The translations under genes and the position numbers were made by a program. This document shows, in pieces, positions 53,285 to 62,309 of a stretch of DNA of 64,000 nucleotides (the first letter of the stretch is position 1; each line of letters opens with the position of its first letter). The notes under the pieces are model-generated. The model had not been told where the DNA came from, did not search any database, and worked only from the letters and a program-made list of their open reading frames with translations. This stretch comes from an uncultured Holophagales bacterium (GTDB lineage Bacteria > Acidobacteriota > Thermoanaerobaculia > UBA5066): assembly GCA_964561935.1 (NCBI GenBank), contig CAZLQX010000003.1, forward strand, positions 66,848 to 130,847, in the 5' to 3' direction.

Positions 53285-54364
53285 ATGGGCGGGGCGGAGC
53301 GGCGGCGGGAGCTCGAGCTCCTCCGGCAGCGTCTCGCCCTCCTGAAATCCCGCTACGAGACGACCCGCCGGAAGGCGGTCGACACCCGCGAGCAGCTCGA
53401 GGCGGCCGAGGCGAACCTCGAGCTGAGGACCGCCGAGAGGCGGCTCCTCGAGCTCCGGGCCGCCGAAGCCGAGCGCGCCGCAGTGCAGGCGCAGTCCGAC
53501 CGGGACGTGGCCGTTCGCAAGAGCGGCGCGCTCCGGGCCGACGTCGCCGTGCGGCTCCAGGCCCTCTACCGGATGGGGCGGCTCGGATACCTCCAGACGC
53601 TCGCCTCTGCCGACTCGGGAGAGTCCTTCCTTCGCGGGCTCCAGCTCCTCTCATTCCTCGCGGCCCGGGACGTGCGCCTCCTGCGCGCCTACGAGGGCTC
53701 CCTCGCCGAGCTCGCCGCGAAGGAGAGGAGCCTCGCGGCCCTCCGCGCCGCGATCGCGAACGTCGCCGCCGAGGCGCGAGCGGCGGAGCGGGAGCTGGCG
53801 CGGGCGCGGGCCGAGAAGGCGGCGCTCCTCGCGCGGCTCGAGCGGACCGCGGAGTCGCAGCGGACGCGGGTCGCGGCGCTCGAGGAGAAGACCGACCGCC
53901 TCGCGGCCCTCCTCGAGCTCCTCGAGACGCGGGGGAGGTCGCTCCCGGCCGGCTCGGCCTCCATCCGGCGGTACAAGGGGGCCCTCGACTGGCCCGCCGA
54001 GGGGGAGGTCGTCGTCCCCTTCGGCCGGATCGCGAACCCCCGCTTCCCGAAGACGTTCCTGAGGTCGAGCGGCTGGACGATCGACGTCCCCACGGGCACT
54101 CCGGTGCGGGCGGTCTTCGCGGGCGACGTCGTCTACGCCCAGTGGCTGAAGGGCTACGGGAACCTCGTCGTCCTCGACCACGGGGACGGGGTCTTCACCC
54201 TCTACGGGCACCTGATGACGGGGACCGCGGCCCGGGGGACGCGGGTCTCGCTCGGCGAGGTCGTGGGCAGGGTCGCCGATCCGCCCGAGGAGGAGGTCGC
54301 CGGCGTCTACTTCGAGATCCGCGAGAGCCGGGCCTCCGTCGACCCCCGCTCGTGGCTCAGGTAG
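53285..54364 (+). CDS. EnvC-like murein hydrolase activator (coiled coil plus degenerate M23/LytM domain)
   Basis: Coordinates start at the first in-frame ATG. A signal-peptide-like segment from 53195 has no ATG/GTG/TTG start. The LytM region VVLDHGDGVFTLYGHL is present and the HxH motif is replaced (VYFEIRE). Confidence 0.7.
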   Translation: MGGAERRRELELLRQRLALLKSRYETTRRKAVDTREQLEAAEANLELRTAERRLLELRAAEAERAAVQAQSDRDVAVRKSGALRADVAVRLQALYRMGRLGYLQTLASADSGESFLRGLQLLSFLAARDVRLLRAYEGSLAELAAKERSLAALRAAIANVAAEARAAERELARARAEKAALLARLERTAESQRTRVAALEEKTDRLAALLELLETRGRSLPAGSASIRRYKGALDWPAEGEVVVPFGRIANPRFPKTFLRSSGWTIDVPTGTPVRAVFAGDVVYAQWLKGYGNLVVLDHGDGVFTLYGHLMTGTAARGTRVSLGEVVGRVADPPEEEVAGVYFEIRESRASVDPRSWLR

Positions 54365-54437
54365 GTGGCGTCCGGGGCCTTCGCCCGGCGGGCCGGGCCC
54401 GTGCAACCGGCCCGGCGCGATCCCGTATCATCGTCGC

Positions 54438-55757
54438 GTGACGAAGTCCCGGCTCGCGTCGTTCCTCGGCTCGCTCGCCCTCCTCGGCACCCTCTTCCTC
54501 GTCCTCCCCGGGCTCGGCGCGGACGAGAAGAAGGAGAAGGGGGGGAAGGACGGCCTCTACCGACCGCTCGGCCTCTTCGCGGAGGTCCTCTCGCTCGTCA
54601 AGGGGAACTACGTCGAGCCGGTCGAGGTGACGCCCCTGCTCCAGGGCGCGTTCGCCGGGATGACCGAGGCGATGGACCCGTTCTCGGAGTACGTTCCGCC
54701 CGGCAGGATGGCCGCCTTCGAGGCGGCGAGGGCGGCCCGCGGGAAGGCCGACCACGTCGAGTCGGGCCTCGTCCTCGCCCGTCGCGGCGGGTACCCCGTC
54801 GTCGTGACGGCCGTCCCAGGGAGCCCCGCCGCCGTGGCAGGGATCCGGACGGACGACGTCCTCGAGAAGGTCGGGGGCGTCTCGGCGCGGGGCCTCGCCC
54901 TCTGGGAAGTGGAGGCGGCCCTCTCGGGCAAGCCGGGCGGCCGCGCGAGCCTCCTCGTCGTGAGGGATGCGAAGCCGCGGCGGCAGACCGTCGAGATCGT
55001 GCGCGCCTCGTGGACGCCCGCCCTTCCGTCGGCCGAGCGCGTCTCCGGGGAGCTCGTCGTCCGGATCCCGGCTTTCGTGCCCGGGACGACGGACGCGCTC
55101 GCGAAGCTCCTCGCCCCTCTCGACCGGACGAAGCCGCTCGTCCTCGACCTTCGCGGCAACGCCCGGGGCGAGTGGGACGAGGCGGCGCTCGCCGTCTCGC
55201 TCCTCGGCCCGGCCGGCCCGGTCGGAGACCTGAAGGGGCGGAAGGTCGCGACGAGGAGCTGGAAGGCCGAGCCGGGTCGACGCGTCCACGAGGGCGGGCT
55301 CGTCCTCCTCGTCGACAGCGGCACGGGAGGTCCTGCCGAGCTCTTCGTCGCGGCGCTCCGCGAGGCCGCGGCGAAGGAAGCGGGCTTCGACGTCGCCGCG
55401 GCGGTTCGGCGCGAGGAGAGGAAGGCCGAGAGCGGTCTCGACGACGATCCGGGCGCGGCTCCGGCCCCGGCCGTCGAGAAGGGGAAGCTCCGGGTCCGCG
55501 TCGTGGGCGAGCCGACGTTCGGGATGGGGATCACGCAGGAGGTCGTCCGCCTCGCGAGCGGCGGCGCGCTCCGCATCACCGTCGGCAAGGTGAGGACCGC
55601 AGCCGGCCGGACACTCTCGCCGCGCGGCGTCGCTCCCGACGACCGCGTCTTCCACGTCCTTCCCGAGGAGGGGGAGGAGGGGAAGCTCCCGGATCCCTTC
55701 CTCGAGCGCGCCCTGAAGGTCGTCACCGAGCTTCCCGCCGCTCCGCGCGCCTCGTGA
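54438..55757 (+). CDS. S41 family C-terminal processing peptidase homolog (CtpA-like) with PDZ; catalytic Ser/Lys motifs substituted
   Basis: GTG start, signal peptide and PDZ domain. The S41 core reads LVDSGTGGPAELF (canonical GSASAAE) and GEPTFGMGITQ (canonical TFGKG). Confidence 0.75.
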   Translation: MTKSRLASFLGSLALLGTLFLVLPGLGADEKKEKGGKDGLYRPLGLFAEVLSLVKGNYVEPVEVTPLLQGAFAGMTEAMDPFSEYVPPGRMAAFEAARAARGKADHVESGLVLARRGGYPVVVTAVPGSPAAVAGIRTDDVLEKVGGVSARGLALWEVEAALSGKPGGRASLLVVRDAKPRRQTVEIVRASWTPALPSAERVSGELVVRIPAFVPGTTDALAKLLAPLDRTKPLVLDLRGNARGEWDEAALAVSLLGPAGPVGDLKGRKVATRSWKAEPGRRVHEGGLVLLVDSGTGGPAELFVAALREAAAKEAGFDVAAAVRREERKAESGLDDDPGAAPAPAVEKGKLRVRVVGEPTFGMGITQEVVRLASGGALRITVGKVRTAAGRTLSPRGVAPDDRVFHVLPEEGEEGKLPDPFLERALKVVTELPAAPRAS

Positions 55758-56680
55758 CGGCGGCCCGCCGGCGCGGCGGCTGCGGTCGGTCGCTCGGCCT
55801 CCTCGTCGGCCTCGCGGTCCTCCTCGCGCTCGCAGCGGGCGCCGTCCGGCTCCTGCGCTCCCGCGCCGAGGCGCCTGTCGCCGGTCCGACCGGGGAGCGC
55901 CCGGGGGCGACGCCGTCGCCGACGCCCTCGCCGACGCCCCGGCCGACGCCTCGCCCGCGGACCGTGGCCGTCCCCGCCGATTTCGAGCCGGCGGCTGGCG
56001 AGGGAAGGGGGGCCGTCGCCGTCGTCATCGACGACGTCGGGAACGCCGACGGCTCGATCGAGCGACTCGCACGCCTCGAGGGACCGCTCGCGATCGCGGT
56101 CCTCCCCGGGGCGCCGCGGGCCCGCGAGGCGGCCGCCCTCGCGCGGCGGAAGGGCTGGGACCTCCTCGTCCACCTCCCGATGGCCGGCGTGCGAGGCCCC
56201 GCGGAGCCGGGGACGATCTCCTCGGACGACGACGACGCGGCGATCGCGCGGCGGGTCGAGGAGGCGATCGCGTCCGTCCCCGGTGCCGTCGGCCTCAACA
56301 ACCACCAGGGTTCCCTCGCGACGGCCGACGAGCGTGTCATGCGCGTCGTCCTGACCGTCGTCCGCGACCGTGGCCTCTTCTTCCTCGATTCCAAGACCTC
56401 CGCCGCGAGCGTCGCCGAGGCCGAGGCACGCGCCCTCGGCCTCGCGACGATCCCGCGGGACGTCTTCCTCGACGACGCCCGGGCCGAGGCGGCGGCGGGA
56501 GGGGCGCCCGAGGCGCGCGCGGCGGCGTGGACGCGCGCTCTCGCGATCGCGGCCTCGGGCGGGCACGCCGTCGTCATCGGTCACCCGAACGCGGCGACGG
56601 TCGACTTCCTCGGGAAGGCGCTTCCCGAGCTCGGGCGGAAGGGCGTCCTCCGGGCGCGCATCTCCGAGCTCGTCGACTGA
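55754..56680 (+). CDS. divergent polysaccharide deacetylase family protein (YibQ-like)
   Basis: GTG start overlaps the ctpA-like stop (GTGA). Has an N-terminal TM segment and PT-rich linker, then the YibQ core (AVVIDDVGN…LNNHQGS…VIGHP). Confidence 0.75.
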   Translation: MTAARRRGGCGRSLGLLVGLAVLLALAAGAVRLLRSRAEAPVAGPTGERPGATPSPTPSPTPRPTPRPRTVAVPADFEPAAGEGRGAVAVVIDDVGNADGSIERLARLEGPLAIAVLPGAPRAREAAALARRKGWDLLVHLPMAGVRGPAEPGTISSDDDDAAIARRVEEAIASVPGAVGLNNHQGSLATADERVMRVVLTVVRDRGLFFLDSKTSAASVAEAEARALGLATIPRDVFLDDARAEAAAGGAPEARAAAWTRALAIAASGGHAVVIGHPNAATVDFLGKALPELGRKGVLRARISELVD

Positions 56681-56791
56681 CGGGCGCTCCCGCGCGGGAC
56701 CCGGGAGGGGCGCGCGACCTCGCCCCGCCGGGCGTCGCGGGCTATCATCACGGCGCTCCAGCGCACGGAAGAGACGACGGGGGTTGCCGCG

Positions 56792-57211
56792 ATGGAACTT
56801 TTCGACGAGATCGAGCTGACGGACGACGAGGCGCGCGCGATCGGGCGGGCGATGCTCGCCGTGGCGCGGGCCGACGGCGCGGCCGAGCCCCGCGAGGTCG
56901 CGCTCATCGAGCAGCTCGCGCCGGTCGACCCGGCGGCTCCGGCCCCGCAGGCGGCGGAGCTCGCGGCGGCGATCCCGCGTGCGGACGCCCGGGAGCTCCT
57001 CCTCCGTTCCGCCCTCCTCGTCGCCCTCGTGGACGGCGACTACAGCGAGGCGGAGAAGGCGCTCGTCGCCGACTGGGCCGGGGCGTTCGGCGTGGCGCCC
57101 GCGCGGCTCGAGGAGCTCGCGAGCTCGGTCAAGGCGTTCCTGATGTCCCCGCTCGTCCCGCTCTCGAACAGCCCCGCGGTCGCCGAGGTCTCGAGGAAGC
57201 TGAGGGTCTGA
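56792..57211 (+). CDS. TerB-like / DjlA N-domain-like protein
   Basis: 139 aa acidic helical protein with the TerB-like repeats (ELTDDEARAIGRAMLAVARADGAAEPREVALIEQL … DGDYSEAEKALVADWAGAFGV). Confidence 0.55.
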   Translation: MELFDEIELTDDEARAIGRAMLAVARADGAAEPREVALIEQLAPVDPAAPAPQAAELAAAIPRADARELLLRSALLVALVDGDYSEAEKALVADWAGAFGVAPARLEELASSVKAFLMSPLVPLSNSPAVAEVSRKLRV

Positions 57212-57310
57212 ACCGGCGCCCCGGCGCGCGCCGGGCGGGCCGGGGGCGCCTCCCGCGCACGGGCTCCGGCCGCCTTTCGTCCGCGACCGCCGCGCGTAGA
57301 CTCCCGGGCC

Positions 57311-59824
57311 ATGCGTGGCCGCCCGTTCGCCCCGGCGCTCTTCCTCGCCCTGATCGCCCCGGCCGCCGTCGCGGCCCCGCCGTCGCCGTCGGCCTTCCTG
57401 CGGAAGCCGGTCGGCGCGGACCGGACCCTCGCCGACTGGCGCGAGGTCGTCTCCTACTTCCGGGCGCTCGACGCCGCCTCCGACCGTGTCGAGGTCTCGA
57501 CGATCGGGCGGTCGACGCGCGGGGAGGAGATGGTCCTCGCCGCGATCTCGAGCCCGGAGAACCTCGCGGGGAAGGAGCGGATCCGCGCGATCGCGCGGAG
57601 GCTCGCGGACCCGCGCGGCCTTTCCGACGCCGACGCGCGGGCCCTCGTCGCCGAGGGGAAGGTCGTCCTCCTCGTGACCTGCGGCATCCACGCGAGCGAG
57701 ATCGGCGCCTCGCAGATGGCGATGGAGTGGGCGCACGCCCTCGCGACGGCCCAGGACGCGGAGACGAAGCGCCGCCTGTCGGAGGTCGTCCTCCTCCTCG
57801 TCCCGTCGCTGAACCCCGACGGCCACGCGATGGAGGTCGACTGGTACCGGAAGAACCTCGGCACGCGGTGGGAGGGGAGCCGGATGCCCTGGCTCTACCA
57901 CCACTACGTCGGCCACGACAACAACCGCGACTTCACCCAGCTCACGCAGGCCGAGACGAAGGCGATCAGCCGCGTCCTCTACCACGACTGGTTCCCGCAG
58001 GTCTTCCTCGACGAGCACCAGATGGGGACGAACGGGCCGCGCATGTTCGTGCCGCCGTACGCCGACCCGCTCGACCCCGACATCGACCCGCTCGTCATCC
58101 GCGAGGTGAACCTCATCGGGTCGCTCATGTCGATGCGGCTCGAGCAGGCGGGAAAGGCGGGCGTCATCTCGGCGTGGGCCTTCGACGCCTCCTGGCCCGG
58201 CGGGTCGAAGAACACGGCCTGGTGGAAGAACGTGACGGGAGTCCTGACCGAGGTCGCCTCGGTCAGGGTCGCGACGCCCGTCGAGGTCCCCCCGTCCGAG
58301 CTTCGCGGCGGCGGGAAGGGGCTCGTCACCTACGGGACGCAGTCGAACTTCCCGAACCCCTGGCGGGGCGGGACGTGGCGGCTGCGCGACGTCATGGACT
58401 ACGAACGGGTCGCCTCGGACGCGATCCTCGAGTTCTGCGCGACGCACCGGCCGGACGTCCTCTCGAACATGCTCGCGAAGGCCCGCGCCTCGATCGGAGC
58501 CGCGGCCCCGGGCGAGACGTACCGGATCCCGAGGGCGCAGCGCGACCCGGCGGCCGCCCGCGCGCTCGCGGCGCTCCTCGTCGAACACGGCGTCGAGGTG
58601 TTGGCCGACGCGAACGGGGACGCCTGGGTCCCCCTCGCGCAGCCGTACGGGCGCTTCGTCCGCGAGATGCTCGAGCCGCAGCGCTTCCCCGAGGTGAAGC
58701 TCGTGCCGGGGAAGGAGATCGTCGCCCCGTACGACGTCACGGCCTGGAGCCTCCCGCTCTCGATGGGCGTGACCGTCGGGAAGGGGACGCTCCCCGAAGG
58801 GCTGGCCCCCTGGAAGGCGCCGGCGACGCCGGCCCTTCCCGCCGCGGAGACGTATGCGCTGGGCCCTGGGAGCCCGGAACGCTGGAAGGTCGTCGCCGCG
58901 GCCCGGAAGGGGGGCGAGGTCTCGCTCCTCCCGGCGGCCGCGGGAAGCCTCCCGGCCGGGACGCTCCTCCTCGACGCGGGGGCGGCGAAGGCCGGCGCGG
59001 CCGTCGCGGGCGAGCTCGGTCTCGCCCTCGAGCCCCTCGCGGCGGCCCCCGCCGGCGCAGCGAGGCTGCGCACCCCGCGCGTCGGCCTCTACAAGCCGTG
59101 GCTCGCGTCGATGGACGAGGGGTGGACGCGGTTCCTCCTCGAGCGGTACGGCTTCGCGCCGGTGACCCTCGACAACGCGGGCCTCCGAGCCGGGAAGCTC
59201 GGCACGCGCTTCGACGTGATCGTCCTTCCCGACGTCGAGAAGGAGGTCCTCGCCGGCGGGAAGCCGAAGCGCGACGAAGGCGAGATGCGCTACTTCCCCG
59301 AGCCGCGGCCCGAATACGCGGGCGGGCTCGGGAAGGAAGGGTCCGCGGCGCTGAAGGAGTTCGTCGAGGGAGGCGGGACGCTCGTCGCCCTCGCCTCCTC
59401 CTCCGAGTACCTGATCGACGAGCTCGCCCTCCCCGTGAGGAACGCCCTCGCGCACGTCCCCTCCTCGGAGTTCCTCTGCCCGGGCGGCCTCGTGAGGATC
59501 GAGCTCGGCCCGGCGCACCCGGTCACGTTCGGCCTTCCCGAGTCGCTCCCGGCGTTCCTCGACGGGCCGCTCGCCTTCCAGACCGCGATCCCGGGGGCGG
59601 AGATGACGCGGACCGTCCTCGCCTCGTACCCGGAGCAGGCTCGCGACGTCCTCGTCTCGGGCTGGATCCGCGGCGAGGAACGGCTCGCGCGGAACGCCGC
59701 GGCTGTCGCCCTGACGCTCGGGACGGGAAAGGTCGTCCTCCTCGGCTTCCGGGCCCAGCACCGCGCGCAGACGCTCGCGACGTTCCCGTTCCTCTTCAAC
59801 GCCCTCGTCTGGTCCGTGCTCTGA
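57311..59824 (+). CDS. secreted M14-family zinc carboxypeptidase-like protein with large C-terminal extension
   Basis: Has a signal peptide. M14 Zn-binding motifs are present: CGIHASEIG (HxxE), SLNPDGH, …HQMG. Confidence 0.8.
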   Translation: MRGRPFAPALFLALIAPAAVAAPPSPSAFLRKPVGADRTLADWREVVSYFRALDAASDRVEVSTIGRSTRGEEMVLAAISSPENLAGKERIRAIARRLADPRGLSDADARALVAEGKVVLLVTCGIHASEIGASQMAMEWAHALATAQDAETKRRLSEVVLLLVPSLNPDGHAMEVDWYRKNLGTRWEGSRMPWLYHHYVGHDNNRDFTQLTQAETKAISRVLYHDWFPQVFLDEHQMGTNGPRMFVPPYADPLDPDIDPLVIREVNLIGSLMSMRLEQAGKAGVISAWAFDASWPGGSKNTAWWKNVTGVLTEVASVRVATPVEVPPSELRGGGKGLVTYGTQSNFPNPWRGGTWRLRDVMDYERVASDAILEFCATHRPDVLSNMLAKARASIGAAAPGETYRIPRAQRDPAAARALAALLVEHGVEVLADANGDAWVPLAQPYGRFVREMLEPQRFPEVKLVPGKEIVAPYDVTAWSLPLSMGVTVGKGTLPEGLAPWKAPATPALPAAETYALGPGSPERWKVVAAARKGGEVSLLPAAAGSLPAGTLLLDAGAAKAGAAVAGELGLALEPLAAAPAGAARLRTPRVGLYKPWLASMDEGWTRFLLERYGFAPVTLDNAGLRAGKLGTRFDVIVLPDVEKEVLAGGKPKRDEGEMRYFPEPRPEYAGGLGKEGSAALKEFVEGGGTLVALASSSEYLIDELALPVRNALAHVPSSEFLCPGGLVRIELGPAHPVTFGLPESLPAFLDGPLAFQTAIPGAEMTRTVLASYPEQARDVLVSGWIRGEERLARNAAAVALTLGTGKVVLLGFRAQHRAQTLATFPFLFNALVWSVL

Positions 59825-59989
59825 CGCGCGCCCCCCCCCGGGCGGGATCGGGCGCCGCGGGCGCCCGTTCCCGCCGGGGACCCGGGGCTCGCGACCTCGG
59901 CCGAGGGGACAGTGCCGTGTCTTGCGTCACGGTCTCGGCGCCGCGTCGGACCTATCTTCCCGGGATACCAGTCTTACCGGGAGGTCGAG

Positions 59990-60763
59990 ATGAGCTATCC
60001 GCTTCTCCGAGAGAGAGATCTGCTCCCCGCCGTCGGAGTGCTCCAGAAGCTGCTGCAGAGAACGGGCGCGTCGATCGACGCCGACGGCGACTTCGGTCCG
60101 AGGACGAAGGCGGCCGTCGTCGCGTTCCAGCGGCCGCGTGGGCTGGTCCCCGATGGCGCCGTCGGGGAGAACACGTGGCCGCGGCTCGCCGCCGGGGCCC
60201 CGGGTCTTCGGGTCGTCGACTGCGTCGACGTCTTCGACCCGTCGCTCGCGAGGCTCGAGGAGCGGGACATCCGGCGGGCCGGCGGGAACCCGATCGTCAT
60301 CGGCGGGATGAGCGGCGGCGTCGAGCAGGCCGTCAGCGACATCCTTCGGACGGCGGCCCCGGGCTCCGTCTTCCTTCTGAGGTTCCACGGCCACGGCGCG
60401 CCCGGAGTGGCCGGGATCTCCGACGGCCACGGGGTCGCGGGCGAGCACCACTCGAGCCTCAGCGCCGGGAACCTCGCCGCGCTGCGCCCCGTCATCGCGA
60501 GGCTGCGCCCGATCTTCGGCCCCTGGGGCTGCGTCCAGTTCATGCACTGCTCGACGGGACGCGGCCCGAGCGGCCGCGCGATGCTCCGCAACATCGCGAA
60601 CGAGCTCGGCGTGCCCGCGTCGGCCGGCGTCGTCGACCAGCTCGGCGGAGGGCTGACGACGTTCCGGTTCGAGGGCCCGACGTTCACGGCCGTTCCGGGA
60701 GGCGGGGCGCTTCGCGACTGGAGCCGCGGCCTCCCGGACTTCGTGCAGATGTCCGTGGCCTAG
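59990..60763 (+). CDS. peptidoglycan-binding (PG_binding_1) domain protein with uncharacterised C-terminal His/Cys-containing domain
   Basis: GGGAGG lies 5 nt before the ATG. PG_binding_1 signature DGDFGPRTKAAVVAFQRPRGLVPDGAVGENTW. The C-terminal region has …LRFHGHG… and …VQFMHCSTG. The stop codon abuts the IS end. Confidence 0.65.
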   Translation: MSYPLLRERDLLPAVGVLQKLLQRTGASIDADGDFGPRTKAAVVAFQRPRGLVPDGAVGENTWPRLAAGAPGLRVVDCVDVFDPSLARLEERDIRRAGGNPIVIGGMSGGVEQAVSDILRTAAPGSVFLLRFHGHGAPGVAGISDGHGVAGEHHSSLSAGNLAALRPVIARLRPIFGPWGCVQFMHCSTGRGPSGRAMLRNIANELGVPASAGVVDQLGGGLTTFRFEGPTFTAVPGGGALRDWSRGLPDFVQMSVA

Positions 60764-62227
60764 TACTACTGTGTTGCGAAAGTCGGTGGTTTCGTGCGAG
60801 CGGGGGGGCGATCCGTGATGGCTCTCTGGCGGCAGGGACATCGGGGAATCCCCTCCAGAAGTACGAGAGCGATTCGTACGCGCATGGTCTCGATCGACTC
60901 CGGGACGTGTCGCTGCGGACGGATCGGGAGCACCCCTCGGGCGGAAACCTCCGGGTACGGCAGCGACCTGGAACGGGAGTCCGAGGAGCGAAACGCCTGA
61001 GGGGGAAGAAAGGCCCCGTTCCACGGCGAGGAAAGCGTATGCGGCTATGCAGAGCGTCGCGTGATGGTGGAAGCCCCGCCATCCACGGCCTTCGTAGTGG
61101 TCCAGTCCGATCTCGTCCTTCAGTTCCTCGTAGTCGCGCTCGGTGCGCCACCGCAGCTTTGCCGTCCGCACGAGCGTTGCGAGCGGCGTGTTCGGCGGCA
61201 GGGTCGACAGGAAGTACTTCGTGGGCTCCTTCTGGCCCGAGGGCCACTCGATCAGAAGCCATTCCTCGGGGCGGGCCTCGGCTCGCCAGTAGTCGCGAAG
61301 AGCGGGCCGGACGCGGACCGCATGGAAGCGCGACGTGAGCGGGGCTTTCGTGCCCTGCCGCCAGGTCACGGATCGGAAACGCGCGCGCCCGATTCGCTGC
61401 GCGAGCGCCTCGACGGAGATCGGCTGATGGGTCGCGTCTCGAGAGAGAAGCCTGGGGGGGCGTCCCTTGCCGGAAGAGGCAGGGGCAGGCAGAGGGCCCT
61501 CGCCCGGAGGCCAGACAGTCGTCGCAGCCTGGATTCCGACGGCGTATTCGAGGCCGAGCGCGGTGACGTCGTCACGGAAGGGCGTGCTGTCGCCGTATCC
61601 GGCATCGGCCAGGAGAACCCCTTTGGGGACCCCATCCTCGACCGCGGTTCGAAGCTGGGCCGTGGCGATCTCGAGCTTCGTCCGGAAAGGGACTTCGTCA
61701 GGGACACCCGCCTTCATTCGCCGCTCCCGGTCGGCCGCCCAGACCTCCGGCAGATAGAGCTCGTAGGCGATGGGCAGGCTGAGGCGCTCGTTGGCCACGG
61801 AGAGGCTTACGGCGACCTGGCAGTTCTCCTGCTTTCCGAGAACACCGCAGTGCTGACGCGTGACTCCCACCGAATGGCGTCCCTTCTTCGGAATGCCCGT
61901 GTCGTCCACGATCCACGCCTTCACACCGCCGTGCGCCTGGAACACGGGCAGGGCGTAATCCCGGATCGCCGCCAGAAGCCTGCGGTCGCTCCAGGGCGAA
62001 TCCGCCACCAGGTGGTGCATGCGCTGATGGACCGAGCGCACGTCGCCAGGCGCGAGCCGCGCGGCCATCGGCTCCACACTCTTCCGCTCCCCGGGCAGAA
62101 GAAGCCCGGCGCAGTAGAGCCGAAGCGGCTCAGCGCGATCCGAATGCCCGACCGCCCTCATCAAGACCGACGTGCAGTTTTCGAACCGTTCGCTCGGCGA
62201 CGGGGCGAAGCCGGCGCTTGTGGCCAT
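60764..62227 (-). CDS. IS701-family DDE transposase; no in-frame stop inside the element
   Basis: N-terminus MATSAGFAPSPSERFENCTSVLMR…WIVDDTGIPKKG…LLADAGYGD…GWRGFHHHATLCIAAYAFLAVERG. The ORF stays open to 59927 and runs antisense through the PG-binding gene. The 3' end given here is the putative IS boundary. Confidence 0.55.
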
Positions 62228-62280
62228 GGCCGACTGAACCGCACCGCCGCCTCAGCGTCAAGCCTCATAACACAGCAGCA
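60764..62280 (-). mobile_element. IS701-family insertion sequence (about 1.5 kb); the boundaries are approximate
   Basis: Has a DDE transposase. Imperfect terminal inverted repeats TACTACTGTGTT (60764-60775) and AACACAGCAGCA (62269-62280) match at 10 of 12 positions. It is inserted between the stop codons of the flanking genes. Confidence 0.45.
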
Positions 62281-62309
62281 CGAGCCGCCCGGGCGCGGAG
62301 GCGGCCGGG

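Noticed and set aside
59927-60763. Extension of the IS701 transposase ORF from 60763 to 59927 (minus)
   Set aside because: It runs antisense through a gene with a textbook PG_binding_1 motif and a strong SD. The transposase similarity ends near the HHH…AYAFLAVERG motif. The open frame here reflects the absence of stops in GC-rich DNA.
54608-61338. 1717-aa ORF 54608-59761 minus and 1603-aa ORF 56527-61338 plus
   Set aside because: Both are antisense or out of frame across four well-supported genes (ctpA-like, yibQ-like, terB-like, M14). Their translations are R/G/P/E/D low-complexity.
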